From Solirubrobacteraceae bacterium (GTDB taxonomy: Bacteria; Actinomycetota; Thermoleophilia; Solirubrobacterales; Solirubrobacteraceae), in NCBI GenBank assembly GCA_036520135.1, contig DATDKF010000003.1, positions 1 through 59,764 on the forward strand: DNA of 59,764 bases. Reading direction: 5' to 3'. The position numbers and the translations under genes are program-made. Of this stretch, positions 27,358-38,146 are shown one piece after another. Each line of letters opens with the position of its first letter. The first letter of the stretch is position 1. The notes under the pieces were generated by a model. The model saw only the letters and a program-made list of their open reading frames with translations, ran no database searches and was not told the DNA's origin.

Positions 27358-28228
27358 GTCGCTTCTCCCAGCGCTCGGCCTGCCACGTCGGCCGCATGCC
27401 GACGGACTCGTACAACCGCAGCGCGCCCCGGTTGCGCCCGTGCACGCCCAGCTCGGCATGCGTGAGCCCGGCGCGCCGGAACGCTTCGAACAGCCCGAGC
27501 AGCAGCGTCCGCCCGTGACCGCGCCCGCGCGCCCGCGCCGCCACCGCGAGCTCGGCCACGTAGCCGGCGCCGTCCTCCCAGCGCTCGCCGAGCCCCGCGC
27601 CGGCCAGACCTTCGTCGTCGTCGAGCAGCAGCCACAGCGACGGGTCGTGGCCCTCCTTGGCGATCGTCTTCGCCCGCCAGCGGTCGAGCGGGAGGAACTC
27701 GTGCCCCTCGATCTCGGCGAACGCGTCCTGGATGAGCGCGTGGACCGCCGCCTCGTCGCGCGCGGCGTCGAACGTTCGCAGCGGCGAGTCCGGCGCCGGC
27801 GGCACCTCGGCCAGGTCGGCGCGCAGGCGGAAGTAGTGCTGGGCCGGCGCGTAGCCGGCAGCGCGCAGGTGGTCGCGCGCGCGGTCGTTGGCCCCGTAGG
27901 CGAACTGGCGCAGGACGGCGGTGCCTCGCTCGGCCGCCCGCGCCTCCGCCCACCGCCGCAGCACGGTGCCGTCGCCGTTCCCCTCGGCGTCGGGGTGGAC
28001 GATCACGATGGCGTCGTCGCCGAGCAGGATCGCGTATCCGTGGATCGCGCCCGCGCGCGCGGACACGCGCGCGTCATCCTCGAGCCTGAGCCCGGGCGAC
28101 GCCCAATCGGCGCGCAGGTCCTCGAGCGTGAAGTCCGGCACGCCGAGGTCCGCGCGGTCGCGCGCGAGAATCACCTCGAGGACCGCTTCGGCATCGGCGT
28201 CGGCAGGTGGTCGCAACCGCGCTGGCAT
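27344..28228 (-). CDS. Two-domain GNAT N-acetyltransferase (MshD-like architecture)
   Basis: 294 aa. The second domain has VAARARGRGHGRTLL (acetyl-CoA pyrophosphate loop). Confidence 0.85.
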   Translation of the reverse strand: MPARLRPPADADAEAVLEVILARDRADLGVPDFTLEDLRADWASPGLRLEDDARVSARAGAIHGYAILLGDDAIVIVHPDAEGNGDGTVLRRWAEARAAERGTAVLRQFAYGANDRARDHLRAAGYAPAQHYFRLRADLAEVPPAPDSPLRTFDAARDEAAVHALIQDAFAEIEGHEFLPLDRWRAKTIAKEGHDPSLWLLLDDDEGLAGAGLGERWEDGAGYVAELAVAARARGRGHGRTLLLGLFEAFRRAGLTHAELGVHGRNRGALRLYESVGMRPTWQAERWEKRLGPA

Positions 28229-28340
28229 GTGGCGCCGACCCTACCCCGACCGGTGACCGGCCAACGAGTCGAACGGGCAGGTTGGTGAGTGCCCTGCACC
28301 GTGAGTCGGCCATCGGTCCTGAAACTGGGCGCGCACCCGC

Positions 28341-29336
28341 TCAGCGGATCAACACGGTGCTGCCGACCGGCACGCGCCGATAGAGATCGACGACGTCGGC
28401 GACGCGCATGCGGATACAGCCGTGCGACGCGCGCGAGCCGATCGACGCCTCGTCGGCGGTGCCGTGGATCCCGACGCCGCCGACGATCCCGAGCCAGCGC
28501 GCCTTCAGCGGGTTCGCGGCCGCTCCGCCCCTGACGACCTCGTTCGCGTACGCGCCCGCCCACCGCTTGTCGGGCGCCCTCCACTTCGGGTGCTTCGCCT
28601 TGTTGAGGATCGTGTAGCGCCCGGCCGGCGTCGGGTGGCCGGGCATCCCGACCGCGACGCGGTAGCTCTCGCGGCGCTTGAGGTTGCGGAAGTAGCGCAG
28701 GCGGAAGTGCCGGCGGTCGACGGTCACGATGGTTCGAAAGCGGTGGCGCAGATCGTTGGCGTTGACCGCCGGCGGCACCCGCTCACGCGTGGCGCGGAGC
28801 ACGCGGGCGGCATAGGGGTCGGCGAGCAGCGGGTCGAGCGCCGCGGCGAGCGCGCTCTCGTCGATCGACCAGCCCATGCGCGCGCGGTGCAGCACCATCC
28901 GGCGCACCCCCAGGCGCAGCCGCGCGTTGCGCGGCACCACGTCGGAGACGCGGTCGACGGCCTCGGTGAACGCCGCGAGCGCCGAGCCGTCGTAGCTCAC
29001 GTACAGCGGTACGTCGACGTCGTGGTCGCCGTCCGCTTCCGCCGGCGCCGCCCTCGCCGCGATATTCGCTCGCCGCGCCGTCCTGCGCGGGTCGAAGGAG
29101 AGGCCGATCGCCGCCGGCTCGAGCATGCGCCGGTGGCCCGCGACGCGGACCTCGATCGGCTGGCTCAGCGGGAACGAGAACGCGCCCGCCAGCCGGTCCG
29201 CAGCATCGGACAGCGTGAGTCCACCGATGTCGAGACCCGCCGCCGTGGCGCCCACCGGGATGACCGGCTCCGCCCGTGCCGGCGCGCTCGCTGACATCGT
29301 GAGGACGACGACGGCGACCCCCACCCACGCGCGCAT
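28341..29336 (-). CDS. L,D-transpeptidase (YkuD domain) with signal peptide
   Basis: The internal ATG 29336 gives MRAWVGVAVVVLTMSASAPARA. The catalytic motif is SHGCIRM. Confidence 0.88.
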   Translation of the reverse strand: MRAWVGVAVVVLTMSASAPARAEPVIPVGATAAGLDIGGLTLSDAADRLAGAFSFPLSQPIEVRVAGHRRMLEPAAIGLSFDPRRTARRANIAARAAPAEADGDHDVDVPLYVSYDGSALAAFTEAVDRVSDVVPRNARLRLGVRRMVLHRARMGWSIDESALAAALDPLLADPYAARVLRATRERVPPAVNANDLRHRFRTIVTVDRRHFRLRYFRNLKRRESYRVAVGMPGHPTPAGRYTILNKAKHPKWRAPDKRWAGAYANEVVRGGAAANPLKARWLGIVGGVGIHGTADEASIGSRASHGCIRMRVADVVDLYRRVPVGSTVLIR

Positions 29337-29359
29337 CGCGCCGGAGCGTACATGCGCGC

Positions 29360-30424
29360 TCAGCGCTTGCCACCTGCTGCAACGCCCCGTGCGTCCACGA
29401 AGCCGTCGAGCAGCTTCCAGGTCGTGGCGCGCGCGGCCCGCCCGGTGAGCACACCGAGATGGCCGCCGAGCGCCGTCTCGAGCGCGACCGAGGCGGCGTT
29501 CGGGACGAGATCGCCGACGTGGTGGCACGCCGGCACAGGCGCGATCCCGTCGCCGCGGCCGCCGATCGCCAGCAGCGGGGCCGTCGCGTCGGCGAGGTCG
29601 ATCGTGCGGTCGGTGAGCGCCAGTCGTCCGTCGGCGAGGTCGTTCGTGCGGAAGAAGCGGTGGTAGAGCTGGCCGAAGGTGCGCCCGGGGTAGGCGTGCA
29701 TGCGGCCCATGAACGCGTCGACCGCCTCGATCTGCGCGAGCAGGTCCCGATCGCCGAGATGGGACGCGATCGTCCACGGCTTCATCACGTACTTCTCGAT
29801 CCCGGCGAGCTGGTACCCGCGCTTGACGACCGGGGCCGGCGCGCCACCGAGCGCGCGGTAGAGCTGCGTTACGACCTGGCCGCGGGTGAGCGCGTCGATC
29901 GGCCGCAGCGGCGCGATGAGCGGGACCTTGGAGAAGTCGAACGGGCTGGCGACCAGCGCGATCTCCTCGACCGGCAGGTCCGCGTCCATCGCGTGCGCGA
30001 GCAGCGTCATGATCCCGCCCAGGCACCAGCCGACCGCGCGCACGGGCCGCCCGGCGTCCGCGGCCGCGGCGCGGATGGCGGCCGGGATGACGTCCTCGAT
30101 CCAGTGCTCGAGCCCGAGGTCGCGGTCGCCGTAGTTGATGTCGCCGTACTCGAGCAGGTACGTCCGCCGGCCGGTCGTGACGAGGTGCTCGGCCAGCGAG
30201 CAGCCGCGCCGCAGGTCGAAGCAGACCGCCGGCGCCGCGAGCGGCGGCACGAGCAGCACGGGCGCGCCGCGGCGGCGGCGCGAGCTGTCGTAGCGCGAGA
30301 GCGTGCGCTGCGGCCCGGTGTCGATCACCGTCGCGGACATCCGCCGCAGGTCGGCGAGCCCGCCGCCGACCGTGGTCGTGTAGAGGTTGGACGCCGCGCC
30401 GGCGACGTCGGCGAGCCCGATCAT
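29360..30424 (-). CDS. Alpha/beta hydrolase with Cys nucleophile box GWCLGG (class III PHA-synthase PhaC-like)
   Basis: 354 aa. It has a GxCxG elbow, a later GDGIAP Asp region and a GGHLGV His region at spacing similar to PhaC-type enzymes. Confidence 0.8.
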   Translation of the reverse strand: MIGLADVAGAASNLYTTTVGGGLADLRRMSATVIDTGPQRTLSRYDSSRRRRGAPVLLVPPLAAPAVCFDLRRGCSLAEHLVTTGRRTYLLEYGDINYGDRDLGLEHWIEDVIPAAIRAAAADAGRPVRAVGWCLGGIMTLLAHAMDADLPVEEIALVASPFDFSKVPLIAPLRPIDALTRGQVVTQLYRALGGAPAPVVKRGYQLAGIEKYVMKPWTIASHLGDRDLLAQIEAVDAFMGRMHAYPGRTFGQLYHRFFRTNDLADGRLALTDRTIDLADATAPLLAIGGRGDGIAPVPACHHVGDLVPNAASVALETALGGHLGVLTGRAARATTWKLLDGFVDARGVAAGGKR

Positions 30425-30437
30425 CAGCGCAAGCCTC

Positions 30438-31277
30438 TCAGGAGGAGAAGTCGAGCAGGAGCTCGAGGAGCTGCTCGGTCGCCTCGACCTGCGGGGAGTG
30501 GCCGCAGCCCTCGATCAGCTCCACGCGGGTGGCGGGCAGCGCGTCGAGCACCACGCGCGCGCCCGTGTGCGGGACCATGCGGTCGCGCGCGCCCCACACG
30601 AGCAGCACCGGGCAGGCGATCGCCGCGAGGTCGAACGGCGCGGTGGCCAGTTCGGGCAGCAGGCCGCGCCCGGACTCGATCAGCGCGGCCGCGCGCTGCC
30701 GCGAGCCGTGGTGCGTGGCGAACGCGTCGACGACCTGGCGCTGCCCGGCCTTCGGGTGCGAGAAGGCGAGCTGCCGGTACGCGCCGCCGACGAGCGAGCG
30801 CACGAGCGCACCCGGCACCGGGATCGGGATGTCGAGCAGCCGCCGCACGATCGGGTCGCGCTCGACGACGTCGAACCACCCGGGCATCTCCAGGCCCGCG
30901 GGCGCGACCGGGACGACGCCGGCGAGCGGCAGCTCGGGGCTCTCCGCGAGCCGCAGCGCCACGCAGCCGCCGAGCGAGTTGCCGGCGATCACCACCGGCT
31001 CGCCCGCGCCCCACTCCTGCACGAGCGCGATCGCGAACGCGTCGAGCTGCGGCAGGATCGCACCGGGCGCTAGGCGGGTCGCCTGGCCGAAGCCGGGCAG
31101 GTCGACGGCGATCGCGCGCCGCCCGCACGCCGCCAGCTCGGCCAGCAGCGGCCGCCAGGTGTCGGCCGAATCGCCCCAGCCGTGGAGCAGCACGATCCCG
31201 GGCCCGCGGCCCTCGAGCTCGAGGACGCGCGTGCGGTGCCCGGCCAGCTGCATGCGATGCTCGATCACCGGCTCCAT
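30438..31277 (-). CDS. Alpha/beta hydrolase
   Basis: 279 aa with an HGWGDS oxyanion region, a GNSLGG nucleophile elbow and a C-terminal GCGHSPQ. Confidence 0.88.
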   Translation of the reverse strand: MEPVIEHRMQLAGHRTRVLELEGRGPGIVLLHGWGDSADTWRPLLAELAACGRRAIAVDLPGFGQATRLAPGAILPQLDAFAIALVQEWGAGEPVVIAGNSLGGCVALRLAESPELPLAGVVPVAPAGLEMPGWFDVVERDPIVRRLLDIPIPVPGALVRSLVGGAYRQLAFSHPKAGQRQVVDAFATHHGSRQRAAALIESGRGLLPELATAPFDLAAIACPVLLVWGARDRMVPHTGARVVLDALPATRVELIEGCGHSPQVEATEQLLELLLDFSS

Positions 31278-31310
31278 CCTGACCGAATACCCGGATGTGA
31301 CGATTCTCCG

Positions 31311-31841
31311 TCAGGACCGCTGCGCCCGCGCGGCGCGCCAGGTCTCCTCGCGGATCGCCCAGCGCTCGTGGTCGCGCCAGCGGCCGCCGACCTTCAGGTA
31401 GCGCGGCGAGAAGCCCTCGAGCTCGAACCCGCAGCGTTCGGCGAGCTTGATCGAGGCCGCGTTGCCCGGCTGGATGTTCGCCTCCAGGCGGTGCAGCCCG
31501 AGCGTCACGAACGCCTCGTGCAGCACCAGCCACATCGCCTCGCTCATGTAGCCCTGGCCGGCGAAGCGGGCCACCCCGCCGTAGCCGAGGAACGCGCTCT
31601 TGAAGGAGCCGCGCACGATCTCACTGATGTTGAGGAAGCCGACGATCGCGCCGTCCTCGACCCGGCAGGCCAGGAACGGCGCGGCGCGCGGATCACCCAC
31701 GCGCGCGAGGTAGGCGGCGTAGCGCTCGGCGGTCTCCGGCATGTAGATCCACGGCCGGTGATGCGCGCGGCTCGCGCGCATGCTGGCGGTGAACTCGTCC
31801 TCGTCGGCCGTCGTCGGCGGGCGCAGGAGGACGCGCGCCAT
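31311..31841 (-). CDS. GNAT N-acetyltransferase (RimJ/RimL-like)
   Basis: 176 aa with GQGYMSEA and RLEANIQPGNAASIKLAERCGF. Confidence 0.88.
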   Translation of the reverse strand: MARVLLRPPTTADEDEFTASMRASRAHHRPWIYMPETAERYAAYLARVGDPRAAPFLACRVEDGAIVGFLNISEIVRGSFKSAFLGYGGVARFAGQGYMSEAMWLVLHEAFVTLGLHRLEANIQPGNAASIKLAERCGFELEGFSPRYLKVGGRWRDHERWAIREETWRAARAQRS

Positions 31842-33362
31842 CTACGCCTCGGCGGCGGCGGGCGCGCCGGCGGGAGCGTGGGCGACGAAGTCGGCTGGGC
31901 GGACGAGCAGCGCGCAGCAGGCGGCCCCGACCAGGGCGAGGATCGCGGCGATCAGCAGGATGTAGTTCAGGCCGGCGTCGAACGCCGTCTCGGCGACCCG
32001 GATCAGCGTCCCGTTGCCGGTACGCTGCGCGCCGCCGAACGCGATGAAGTCTGAGACCGCGCCGCCGCCGACCCCCCGCGGGCGCTGGAGCCGCGCGCGC
32101 GCCGCCTCCTCCGCGAACCGGCTGCTCACGACGTGCTGGAAGATCGCGCCCCAGGCGGCGATGCCGGTGGCGACGCCGACCTGCCGGAACGTCGAGTTGA
32201 TCCCCGAGGCCATGCCGGAGCGGCGCGGCTCGACGACGCCGATCGCCGCGGTGGCGAGCGCCGGGTTGGTCATGCCGATGCCGGCGCCGGCGATCATGAA
32301 GCCGGCGAGCAGGGCGGTCCAGTCGTCGCCGGGCTCCAGCCCGCGCATCAGCAGCAGCCCGACGCCGACGAACGCGAGGCCGAACGTGAGGAACCAGCGC
32401 ACGCCGTAGCGCTCGGACAACTTGCCCGACACCGGCGCGATGACGAACGAGATCAGCGTGATCGGCATGAACCGCAGGCCGGACTCGAGCGCCGAGTAGC
32501 CGAGGACGTTCTGCACGTACAGCGTCAGGTACAGGAACATCGCGAACATCGACGCCGACAGCACGAACGCGGCGATCGACGCGCCGCCGAACGACGGCTT
32601 GCGGAACAGCGTCAGGTCGAGCATCGGGTGCGATGTCGTGCGCTCGACCACCACGAACGCGACGAGCAGCGCCGCGGCGCCGACCAGGCACGCGACGATC
32701 GCGCCGTTCCAGTCCTCCGCGTTGCCGCGGATGAGCCCGAACACGAGCAGGAAAAGCGCGGCCGAGAACACCACGGTGCCGACCCAGTCGGCGCCGCCGG
32801 CCTGCGGGTCGCTGGACTCGTGCACGCGCCGCAGCGTCAGCGCGATCGCGTAGGCGCCGATCGGCAGGTTCACGTAGAAGATCGCCTCCCAGCCGATCCA
32901 CTCGACGAGCACGCCGCCGATCAGCGGCCCGACCGCCACGGCGGCGCCGATCGTGGCGCCCCAGATGCCGATCGCGGTGCCGCGGTCTCGCCCGCCGTAG
33001 GCCGAGGCGAGCAGCGCCAGCGAGGTGGCGAACATCATCGCCCCGCCGACGCCCTGCAGCCCACGCGCGAGGTTGAGCACGAGCGGCGTGCCGGCGAGGC
33101 CGCACAGCGCCGAGGCGACCGTGAACACGGCGAGGCCGACGAGGAACACGCGCCGGCGGCCGATCCGATCGGCGACCGATCCGGCGGTGAGCAGGAAGGC
33201 GGCGAGCGTCAGCGCGTACGCGTCGACCACCCATTGCAGGTCCTCGAACGAGGAGCCGAGGTCGCGCTCGATGTACGGCAGCGCGACGTTCACGACGGTG
33301 ATGTCGAGCAGGAGCATGAACGTCGCGATGCAGACGGCGACGAGAGTCCACCACTTGGCCAT
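31842..33362 (-). CDS. MFS transporter, DHA2 (14-TMS, EmrB/QacA-like)
   Basis: The internal ATG 33362 gives MAKWWTLVAVCIATFMLLLDITVVNVALP. It has a GSVADRIGRRR motif and about 14 hydrophobic segments. Confidence 0.9.
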   Translation of the reverse strand: MAKWWTLVAVCIATFMLLLDITVVNVALPYIERDLGSSFEDLQWVVDAYALTLAAFLLTAGSVADRIGRRRVFLVGLAVFTVASALCGLAGTPLVLNLARGLQGVGGAMMFATSLALLASAYGGRDRGTAIGIWGATIGAAVAVGPLIGGVLVEWIGWEAIFYVNLPIGAYAIALTLRRVHESSDPQAGGADWVGTVVFSAALFLLVFGLIRGNAEDWNGAIVACLVGAAALLVAFVVVERTTSHPMLDLTLFRKPSFGGASIAAFVLSASMFAMFLYLTLYVQNVLGYSALESGLRFMPITLISFVIAPVSGKLSERYGVRWFLTFGLAFVGVGLLLMRGLEPGDDWTALLAGFMIAGAGIGMTNPALATAAIGVVEPRRSGMASGINSTFRQVGVATGIAAWGAIFQHVVSSRFAEEAARARLQRPRGVGGGAVSDFIAFGGAQRTGNGTLIRVAETAFDAGLNYILLIAAILALVGAACCALLVRPADFVAHAPAGAPAAAEA

Positions 33363-33408
33363 GTCCGTCACGGTACGACACCGGTGCCCGCGGGTAGATT
33401 GCGAGGAG

Positions 33409-34041
33409 GTGACGGACCCTGCGCAGGAGGTGCCCGAAGGACTGTGGAGCCGCCTGCGGGCGGACCCGGTGCGCGCGCCCGAGCACATCGCGCTCGCGGC
33501 CTCCGAGCTGCACGCGCCCGCCGCCGCGCGGTGGGCGGCCGAGAAGCGCGCGCGCCTCGGCGTGTCCGGGCGCGAGCTCGGGAGGATGGCCAAGCGCCGC
33601 CATGCGGCGATGGCGCGGTTCGAGGGCGCCGCCACCGGCGTCGGCGGCATCTTCACCGCCGTGCCCGACCTCGTGCTGCTCGCCTGGATCCAGTCGCGGC
33701 TCGTGTTCTTCGTCGCGGCCGCCTATGGGTTCGACCCGCGCGACCCGATGCGGCCCGCCGAGCTGCTCGTGCTGCGCGACCTGTACCCCGACCCGGAGAC
33801 CGCGCGGCGGGCGCTGGACGGGGTCGGCAAGACGGTCGCGGAGTCGTACCTGACCGGCAAGCTCGCGCGCGGGCGCGAGCAGGCGCTGCTGTCGCGGCTG
33901 CTGCAGTTCGCGGGCAAGCGCACCGTCTCGCGCGCCGCGCGCCGCTGGATCCCCGGCATCGCGATCGCCTTCAACGCGATCGCCAACGAGCGTGACACGC
34001 GCGCGCTCGCGGACCGGGCGATCGCGTTCTACGGCGGATAA
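33409..34041 (+). CDS. EcsC-family protein
   Basis: Contains [37 protein letters not shown] and a C-terminal [16 protein letters not shown]. The start is uncertain (GTG 33409, GTG 33430 or ATG 33361). Confidence 0.7.
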   Translation: MTDPAQEVPEGLWSRLRADPVRAPEHIALAASELHAPAAARWAAEKRARLGVSGRELGRMAKRRHAAMARFEGAATGVGGIFTAVPDLVLLAWIQSRLVFFVAAAYGFDPRDPMRPAELLVLRDLYPDPETARRALDGVGKTVAESYLTGKLARGREQALLSRLLQFAGKRTVSRAARRWIPGIAIAFNAIANERDTRALADRAIAFYGG

Positions 34042-34048
34042 TGGGCGC

Positions 34049-35611
34049 GTGGACGGCTGGGCGCTGCTCGAGGACGCGCGCTGGCACGAGGCGCGCGCCG
34101 CCTTCCTCGCCGCCGGGGAGACCGCGGCGGCGCAGGAGGGGCTGAGCTGGGCGGCGTGGTGGCTCGACGACGCCGACGCCGTGTTCGCCGCCCGCGAGCG
34201 GGCCTTCCACCTCTACGCCGCCGGCGGCGAGCCCGCCGCCGCGGCGCGCATGGCCACCTGGCTGGCCGCCGACGAGCTCGACTTCCGCGGCGCCGCGGCG
34301 GTGGCGAACGGCTGGCTGGGGCGCGCCCATCGCCTGCTCGACCCGCTCGACCCGGCGCCCGAGCACGGCTGGCTCGCGTTCCACGAGGGCTACATCGCGC
34401 ACGCGGGCGGCGACACCGCGCGGGCGAGCGAGCTGGCGGCAGTGACCGCCGACCTCGGGCGGCGGTTCGGCGTGCCGGACCTGGACATGCTGGGGCTGGC
34501 GCTCGGCGGCGCTTCGCTGGTCACGTGCGCGCGCGTGGAGGAGGGCATGCGCCGCCTCGACGAGGCGACGGCCGCCGCGCTCGACGGCGGCGCGACGATC
34601 CCGATCGCCGGCGCCTGGGCATGCTGCTTCATGGTCGGCGCCTGCGCCGCGGTACTCGACCTCCGGCGCGCGGTCGAGTGGTGCGACCGCATCGCTGAGT
34701 TCGCCGATCGCTACGGGTCGCGCTACATGCTCGCGTTCTGCCGCTCCGAGTACGGGACCGTCGACCTCTGGCGCGGGCGCTGGCCGCAGGCCGAGGCGAT
34801 GCTCGAGGCGGCGGTCGACGACTTCGCGCACTCGCGCCCGGCGTGGGTCGGCGGGCCGCTCGTCACGCTTGCCGAGCTGCGCCGGCGCCAGGGCCGGCCG
34901 GCCGACGCCGCCGCGCTGCTCGAGCGCGCCGGCGCGTCCTCGGCCGCACAGCTCTGCCGCGCCCGCCTCGCGCTCGACACGGAGCGCGCGCACGACGCCG
35001 TCGACCTGCTGGAGCGGGTGCTGCGCGCCCTGCCGGCCGAGCGGCGGCTGGCCGCCGCCCCCGCGCTGGAGCTGCTGGTCCACGCGCGCGCGACGCGCGG
35101 CGACGTCAATGTCGCCACCGCGGCGCTCGACCAGCTGCGCGCGGTGGAGCGACAGGCCGGGACCGAGCTCGTGCGCGCGAACGCGGACCGCGCCGAGGCC
35201 GCGCTCGCCGCGGCGGGCGGGAGCCACGACCGCGCGCGGGCGCTGCTCGAGGACGCGCTCGACGGGTTCGAGCGCTGCGGGGCGCCGTACGAGGCCGCCG
35301 GCGCGCAGCGGGAGCTCGCGGCCAGCCTCGCCGCGCTCGGCCGAGCGGACGCGGCGGCGCGCGAGCGGGCGGCCGCGGACGAACGGCTGCGCGCGCTCCG
35401 CGCCGGCGCCGAGCCGCCGCTGGCCGAGCTCACGCCGCGCGAGCGCGAGGTGCTCGCGCTGCTCGCCGAAGGGCTGACGAACCGCGAGATCGCGGCCCGG
35501 CTGGTGGTCAGCGAGCACACCGTGCACCGGCACGTCTCGCACGTGCTGCGCAAGCTCGACCTGCCGTCGCGGACGGCCGCCGCCGCCCACGCCGTGCGCG
35601 CCGGGCTGTAG
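34049..35611 (+). CDS. LuxR-family transcriptional regulator with large helical/TPR-like N-terminal domain
   Basis: The C-terminal HTH reads [46 protein letters not shown] 34049 is the first start after the EcsC stop. Confidence 0.85.
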   Translation: MDGWALLEDARWHEARAAFLAAGETAAAQEGLSWAAWWLDDADAVFAARERAFHLYAAGGEPAAAARMATWLAADELDFRGAAAVANGWLGRAHRLLDPLDPAPEHGWLAFHEGYIAHAGGDTARASELAAVTADLGRRFGVPDLDMLGLALGGASLVTCARVEEGMRRLDEATAAALDGGATIPIAGAWACCFMVGACAAVLDLRRAVEWCDRIAEFADRYGSRYMLAFCRSEYGTVDLWRGRWPQAEAMLEAAVDDFAHSRPAWVGGPLVTLAELRRRQGRPADAAALLERAGASSAAQLCRARLALDTERAHDAVDLLERVLRALPAERRLAAAPALELLVHARATRGDVNVATAALDQLRAVERQAGTELVRANADRAEAALAAAGGSHDRARALLEDALDGFERCGAPYEAAGAQRELAASLAALGRADAAARERAAADERLRALRAGAEPPLAELTPREREVLALLAEGLTNREIAARLVVSEHTVHRHVSHVLRKLDLPSRTAAAAHAVRAGL

Positions 35612-35693
35612 CCACGTCGGGCCACCTGGCGCGCGGGCGGGATGACCCGTCCGGGCGAAGACCGCGCCACCGCCGCCCCGCTACGGTCGCGCC

Positions 35694-36455
35694 ATGTGGG
35701 CGCTCGGCGACTACCACCGCTTCGCCACCGCCACGGTCTGGCAGCTCGGGCCGGAGCTGGTGACCGCCTGCGGCATCGGCCCCGGGCAGCGGGTGCTCGA
35801 CGTGGCCGCCGGCACCGGCAACGTGGCGATCCGCGCCGCCGAGACCGGCGCGGACGTCGTCGCCTCCGACATCACGCCGGAGAACTTCGCCGCCGGCCGC
35901 GCCGAGGCGCGCGCCCGCGGCGTCGAGCTCGAGTGGGTCCCGGCCGACGCCCAGGCGCTCCCGTTCGGCGACGGCGAGTTCGACGCGGTGACGTCCTCGT
36001 TCGGGGCGATCTTCGCTCCCGACCACGCGGCGGTGGCGCGCGAGCTGCGGCGGGTGTGCAAGCCGGGCGGGACGATCGGGATGATCAACTTCCGGCCGGT
36101 CGGCGCGGCGGCCGAGTTCTTCGCGCTGCTCGGCGGCTACGCGCCGCCCGACGGCGACGGGCCGCCGCCGGTGCTGTGGGGCGACGAGGCGCACGTGCGC
36201 GAGCTGTTCGGCGACGCGGCCCGGACCACGCGCCGCCGCTACGTCGAGCGCGTCGACGGCGGCCCCGCCGGCTACTGCGAGCTGTTCCGCGCGACGTTCG
36301 GGCCGTACATCGCGATCCGCGCGAGCCTCGAGCCCGACCGCGCGGCCGCGCTCGACCGCGACTTCCTCGAGTTCGCGACGCGCTGGAACGACGGCCCGCC
36401 CGGCGGCCCCGCCGAGATCCCGTACGACTACCTGCTCGTCGTCGTCAGACGGTGA
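35694..36455 (+). CDS. Class I SAM-dependent methyltransferase
   Basis: Motif I is VLDVAAGTGN, followed by an acidic loop and the CKPGGT motif. Confidence 0.88.
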   Translation: MWALGDYHRFATATVWQLGPELVTACGIGPGQRVLDVAAGTGNVAIRAAETGADVVASDITPENFAAGRAEARARGVELEWVPADAQALPFGDGEFDAVTSSFGAIFAPDHAAVARELRRVCKPGGTIGMINFRPVGAAAEFFALLGGYAPPDGDGPPPVLWGDEAHVRELFGDAARTTRRRYVERVDGGPAGYCELFRATFGPYIAIRASLEPDRAAALDRDFLEFATRWNDGPPGGPAEIPYDYLLVVVRR

Positions 36456-37113
36456 GCACCTCGCCGTTGAGCGCGGCCGAGTCGTCGCTGCACAGGAAGC
36501 GGATCGTCTTGGCGATCCGCTCCGGCGGCACCATCTTGTCGATCGCGTCCGGGCTCGCCGCGCGGTTGGCCGGCGTGTCGATCATCGTCGGCGCGATCAC
36601 GTTGCAGCGGACGCCGTCCGCCGCGTGCTCCTTGGCGACGACGCGCGCGAACGTCAGCACGGCCGCCTTCGACGCGGCGTAGCCGGCGCCGCCCGCCCAC
36701 GGCTGCAACGCGCTGTGCGCGGACACGCAGACGATCGCGCCGCCACCCGCCGCGACGAGCCGCGGCAGCACGCACTGCGTCACCAGGTAGGTCGGCCGCA
36801 GGTTGAGCGCGAACATCGCCTCGAAGTCGGCCAGCGGCGTTTCGGCCACGGGCTGGCCGGCCTTGAAGCCGCCGACGAGGTTGGCGAGCGCGCGCAGCGG
36901 CTGGTCGGGGTCGTTCGTCGCGAGGCGGACGACGCGCGCGACGTCGTCGGGGTCGGTGAGATCGGCCTGGACCGTCTCCGCCGCTTCCGGCAGCCGCTCG
37001 AACGGCCCGGGCAGGATGTCGGGCACGACCACGCGCCAGCCGTCGTCCACGAACGCCTCCACGACCGACACGCCGAGCCCACCGGTGCCGCCGGTGATCA
37101 GTGCGGTAGCCAC
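36445..37113 (-). CDS. SDR-family oxidoreductase
   Basis: The internal GTG 37113 gives VATALITGGTGGLG, and YAASKAAV supplies YxxxK. The 3' end overlaps the convergent methyltransferase by 11 nt. Confidence 0.85.
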   Translation of the reverse strand: MATALITGGTGGLGVSVVEAFVDDGWRVVVPDILPGPFERLPEAAETVQADLTDPDDVARVVRLATNDPDQPLRALANLVGGFKAGQPVAETPLADFEAMFALNLRPTYLVTQCVLPRLVAAGGGAIVCVSAHSALQPWAGGAGYAASKAAVLTFARVVAKEHAADGVRCNVIAPTMIDTPANRAASPDAIDKMVPPERIAKTIRFLCSDDSAALNGEVLTV

Positions 37114-37159
37114 GCAGCGAATGTTGCCATCCGCCGCCCGCTCTAGCGTTCGCGGCACC

Positions 37160-38116
37160 ATGTTCGTGCGGGAGCTCGCAGACGGCCAGGACGTCGACCA
37201 GGTGCTGCTGGTGCGCGAGTCCGGGGTGCGCACGCGGCGCGACGGCACCGATCTTCTGCGCCTCTCGCTCGGCGACCGCACCGGCGCCGTCACGGCGATC
37301 GTGACCGAGAGCGCGCCGGAACTCGCCCGCGTCGGCCCCGCCGGCGCGTGCGTGAAGATCGTCGGGCGCTACGAGATCGACCCGCGGCACGGCGCGCAGA
37401 TCGTGCTGCGCCATCTGCGGGCCGCCAGGCCGGAGGAGTACGAGCTCGACGACCTGCTGGACGGCCCGCCGCGCCCGGTCGCCAGCATGGAGGCCGCGCT
37501 GCGCGACCTGATCGCGCAGGTGCGCAGCGCGCACCTGCGCGCGTTGCTCGACCATGTGCTCGGCCCGGAAGCGCCGACATGGCCGTTGTTCCGGGACGCC
37601 CCCGCCGCCAAGCGCTACCACCAGGCCTACCGGCACGGGCTGCTCGAGCACTCGCTGAGCGTCGCCGAGGCGGTGGCCGTCATCTCGACGACGTTCCCGG
37701 GGATCGACCGCGACGTGGCGATCACCGGCGCGCTGCTGCACGACATCGGCAAGCTCGACGCCTACACGGCCGATCCGCTGGCCATCGACATGACCGACCT
37801 CGGCAAGCTGCACGGCGAGATCGCGCTCGGCTACTTCCGGATCCGCAGCGCGATCGAGGAGCTGCCGGGCTTCCCAGAGGAGCTGGCGGCGGCGGTCCTG
37901 CACATCATCCTCAGCCATCACGGGCAGCTCGAACACGGCTCGCCGGTCGTGCCGGCCACGCGCGAGGCGACGCTCGTGCACGCGATCGACAACCTGGGCG
38001 GCAAGCTCGGGTCGTTCGACCGGCTGGAGAAGCAGCTGCCGCACGGCTCGGCGTGGTCGGGCTACGACCGGGCGCTCGGCGGCGCCGCGCACTTCGCTGC
38101 GCGCCAGGCCGCGTAG
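37160..38116 (+). CDS. OB-fold + HD-domain protein (YhaM-like 3'-5' exoribonuclease family)
   Basis: Starts at the internal ATG 37160. The HD motifs are HSLSVAE and LLHDIGK, with SHHG further on. Confidence 0.8.
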   Translation: MFVRELADGQDVDQVLLVRESGVRTRRDGTDLLRLSLGDRTGAVTAIVTESAPELARVGPAGACVKIVGRYEIDPRHGAQIVLRHLRAARPEEYELDDLLDGPPRPVASMEAALRDLIAQVRSAHLRALLDHVLGPEAPTWPLFRDAPAAKRYHQAYRHGLLEHSLSVAEAVAVISTTFPGIDRDVAITGALLHDIGKLDAYTADPLAIDMTDLGKLHGEIALGYFRIRSAIEELPGFPEELAAAVLHIILSHHGQLEHGSPVVPATREATLVHAIDNLGGKLGSFDRLEKQLPHGSAWSGYDRALGGAAHFAARQAA

Positions 38117-38146
38117 GTAGCTGCGCGGCGCAAATTCGGTAGGCGG

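Noticed and set aside
26077-27465. 462-aa plus-strand ORF starting MANECPPIADKRK
   Set aside because: It starts inside the hairpin downstream of rnd and runs antisense through RNase D. No motif is present and it is R/A/P/G-rich.
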